Shown one piece after another: positions 61,901 to 64,000 of a DNA stretch of 64,000 bases. A program made the translations under genes and the position numbers. The stretch spans positions 114,948,001 through 115,012,000 of the forward strand of contig CM097886.1 of NCBI GenBank assembly GCA_044892525.1. Direction: 5' to 3'. This stretch comes from Schmidtea polychroa (Eukaryota). How positions within the stretch are numbered: the stretch's first letter is position 1; each line of letters starts with the position of its first letter. Below the pieces are notes generated by a model. It was not told the DNA's origin. It made no database searches and was given only the letters and a program-made list of their open reading frames with translations.

Positions 61901-64000
61901 TCTTATGCCATCAAATATTTCACATTTTCATTGGGTCCTCAGAAAGTCATAAGAAAGTCTAAATCAGAAAGTATGCAATTTCTCATAACATACGCGTTAT
62001 ACTGTGGGTGTAGAAATTTACAACAAGAAATGAAGACGAAATATACTAAACTAAATTATGATTCTAAACATCAAAACATCATTTTAACATAAAAGTCATA
62101 GTGTGAGGAGTTTTCAGCTGAGAGTTAAATATTTCAATGATTTATCCAAATAATTTTAAATTGTAAATAATTGACTATTAAAATAACTTTTAAATAATTT
62201 TGAAATTGGAATTTTTAAGTTGAAATTTTTGAATTAAAAAATTAAAATAGCTTTTTAAAAAAGAAGTTTTAATAATGAAAAATTTTTAAATAAATATGTT
62301 TTAAATATTGAAATATTTTGATAAATGGTTTTGAAAGTATTTCATTCAACGCTGAAAATTTGTTTAAAATTATACAATATGTCAGATAATGAATACTTGG
62401 AATTATGTATTTAACTTTTGAACCGGATTTAAAAAATAATTTAGGAGATGTTTTAGCAGCTTCTAATACATAGTTTATAGCATTAGGTAGAATTCCCTTT
62501 TTTATGATTCAGTCAATATTTTAGTCGCATTGCGTTTTCTTTTGCAGTATAATTTTTGCTATATTGTGATCAGTATCAAGGATTAAATAATGTAAGACTC
62601 AATTACATTACACTAAAGCAATAGATAAATTTCGAGTTTACAAAGTAAATTCCTTTTGAAGAATGTAAATCATATTCCATTACAAATTTACTGTCTTGCA
62701 AAGTTTGATCAAGCTTCTGGTCAATGTCAAACCTGTCTTTCATATCAATGTCATAGTAGCTGTGTACGTTATTTTTTTTGTTCACCTTTGAACTTATTGC
62801 TGATATCCCGAATTTCATTTATTTTTATTTTGATAAATTATTAAATATTATTTGATTAAACTCAATTATGTTGAGTATAACAAAAAATATTTGATCTTTT
62901 GAAAAATTTGAAATAATTGATGTTGGGGTTCATTAGGAACCAGCGGAAAGAAAAATAATGAAAATAGAATTTTTTAGATAATAAGAATAATTAAATATTA
63001 ATATTTATAGAATTAAAAAATTTAAATATTTTTAAAACTAAAAAACAAATAAATAAAAATAAAAATAGTAATTAAAAATTACTATATTTAGAAAATAAAT
63101 GAAAATAGTAATTAATAAGTAAATATATGTATATTTAGTAATTAAATAATTTGTATAAATAGAATTGGTTAATTTTTGATAATATAAATAGAAATACACA
63201 AAGTTAGCGAGGGACACACATATTAGATAGAAATGTCATACAAGCAGAATCGATTCTTAAAAATAATCTTTAAGGCAGTTTGTATAACCGATTATCTTTT
63301 TTTTAGTAGCAACCGTGTTTGTGTAGCTTATTTTTATATATAAGTAAAATTGTATTCGTGTTATACAGCAATGAACTTTGGATAAAGCATATTTGTTATT
63401 TATTTATTAACCTTATGCTCAGTTGATATATAATTTGGAGTCAGTGATATCTGTGTTAGTTCGAATAAAAAACGAACCTAACATATATACATAGTTTTCG
63501 TAAATTATTGGTGTATACTTTCCTTTTAGATTAAATTTAATTACTTTATGTTTTGTTTGACTATTTTTACATAAACATGTGGTAACTAGTTGTCAAATTC
63601 TGAAGGATATGCGAAATAATTGAATTTCCAATAGCTGTTTCCATAGTGTTGGGCTAAAACCGAGAATTGAGAGTTGGTTTCAATAGATCGAAAAATACCT
63701 AACATAAAAACGCACAAAGTTGAATTAAAATTTATGATCATACACCAAATAATACGAAATAATGTACACAATACATGGAGAATAAATAAAACCCGTATTA
63801 TAAAATAAAGGAATAAATAAATTTAAAAAGTGAAACTAAAATTTCTATTAACGAATAAAATAATAAAAATTAAAATAAAATTAGTTAAAATTATGTAACT
63901 TATAACATTTATAGAATTAAATTGTTAAAATTAATAAAAATTAAAATCAAATTGGCTAAAATTATTGAAATTATAAAATTTATAAAATTAAATTATTAAA

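Noticed and set aside
63586-63771. 61-aa minus-strand ORF near the right edge
   Set aside because: No homology and no clear splice pair; chance ORFs of this size are common here.
1-64000. Hammerhead ribozyme cores (CTGATGA..GAAA), rRNA and tRNA genes
   Set aside because: The CTGATGA hits noticed by eye lacked flanking stems and a GAAA partner; a covariance-model scan (Infernal/Rfam, tRNAscan-SE) would be needed to exclude these properly.

Overview
Strongly AT-rich animal genomic scaffold, not prokaryotic, with three N gaps. A triclad planarian is the best guess, inferred from 47-63 nt minimal introns, a divergent TRAF, the transposon spectrum and an SL-like 18-mer. Two host genes can be built by hand. 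(1) A minus-strand JIP3/JIP4 (Sunday driver/UNC-16) gene starts at 50996 and runs off the left edge; 19 phase-consistent exons were traced through RH1, LZII, RH2 and most of the WD40 region. One RH2-adjacent junction is unresolved and may give a short isoform. (2) An intact 4-exon TRAF (59872-61317, minus, 426 aa) has a coiled coil built from tandemly duplicated intron+exon cassettes of exactly 21 and 42 codons (3 and 6 heptads). The rest is nested transposon debris: MULE/FLYWCH, foldback-type MULE ends, several hAT families including a nearly intact SPIN/OC1-like copy, pogo/Tigger, IS630-Tc1 DD34E, piggyBac, Merlin-like MITEs, a solo LTR and decayed Gypsy and non-LTR fragments. There is also an actin pseudogene and a duplicated LRR-like relic. 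No rRNA, tRNA or CRISPR array was seen. All homology calls are by eye, from remembered family motifs.
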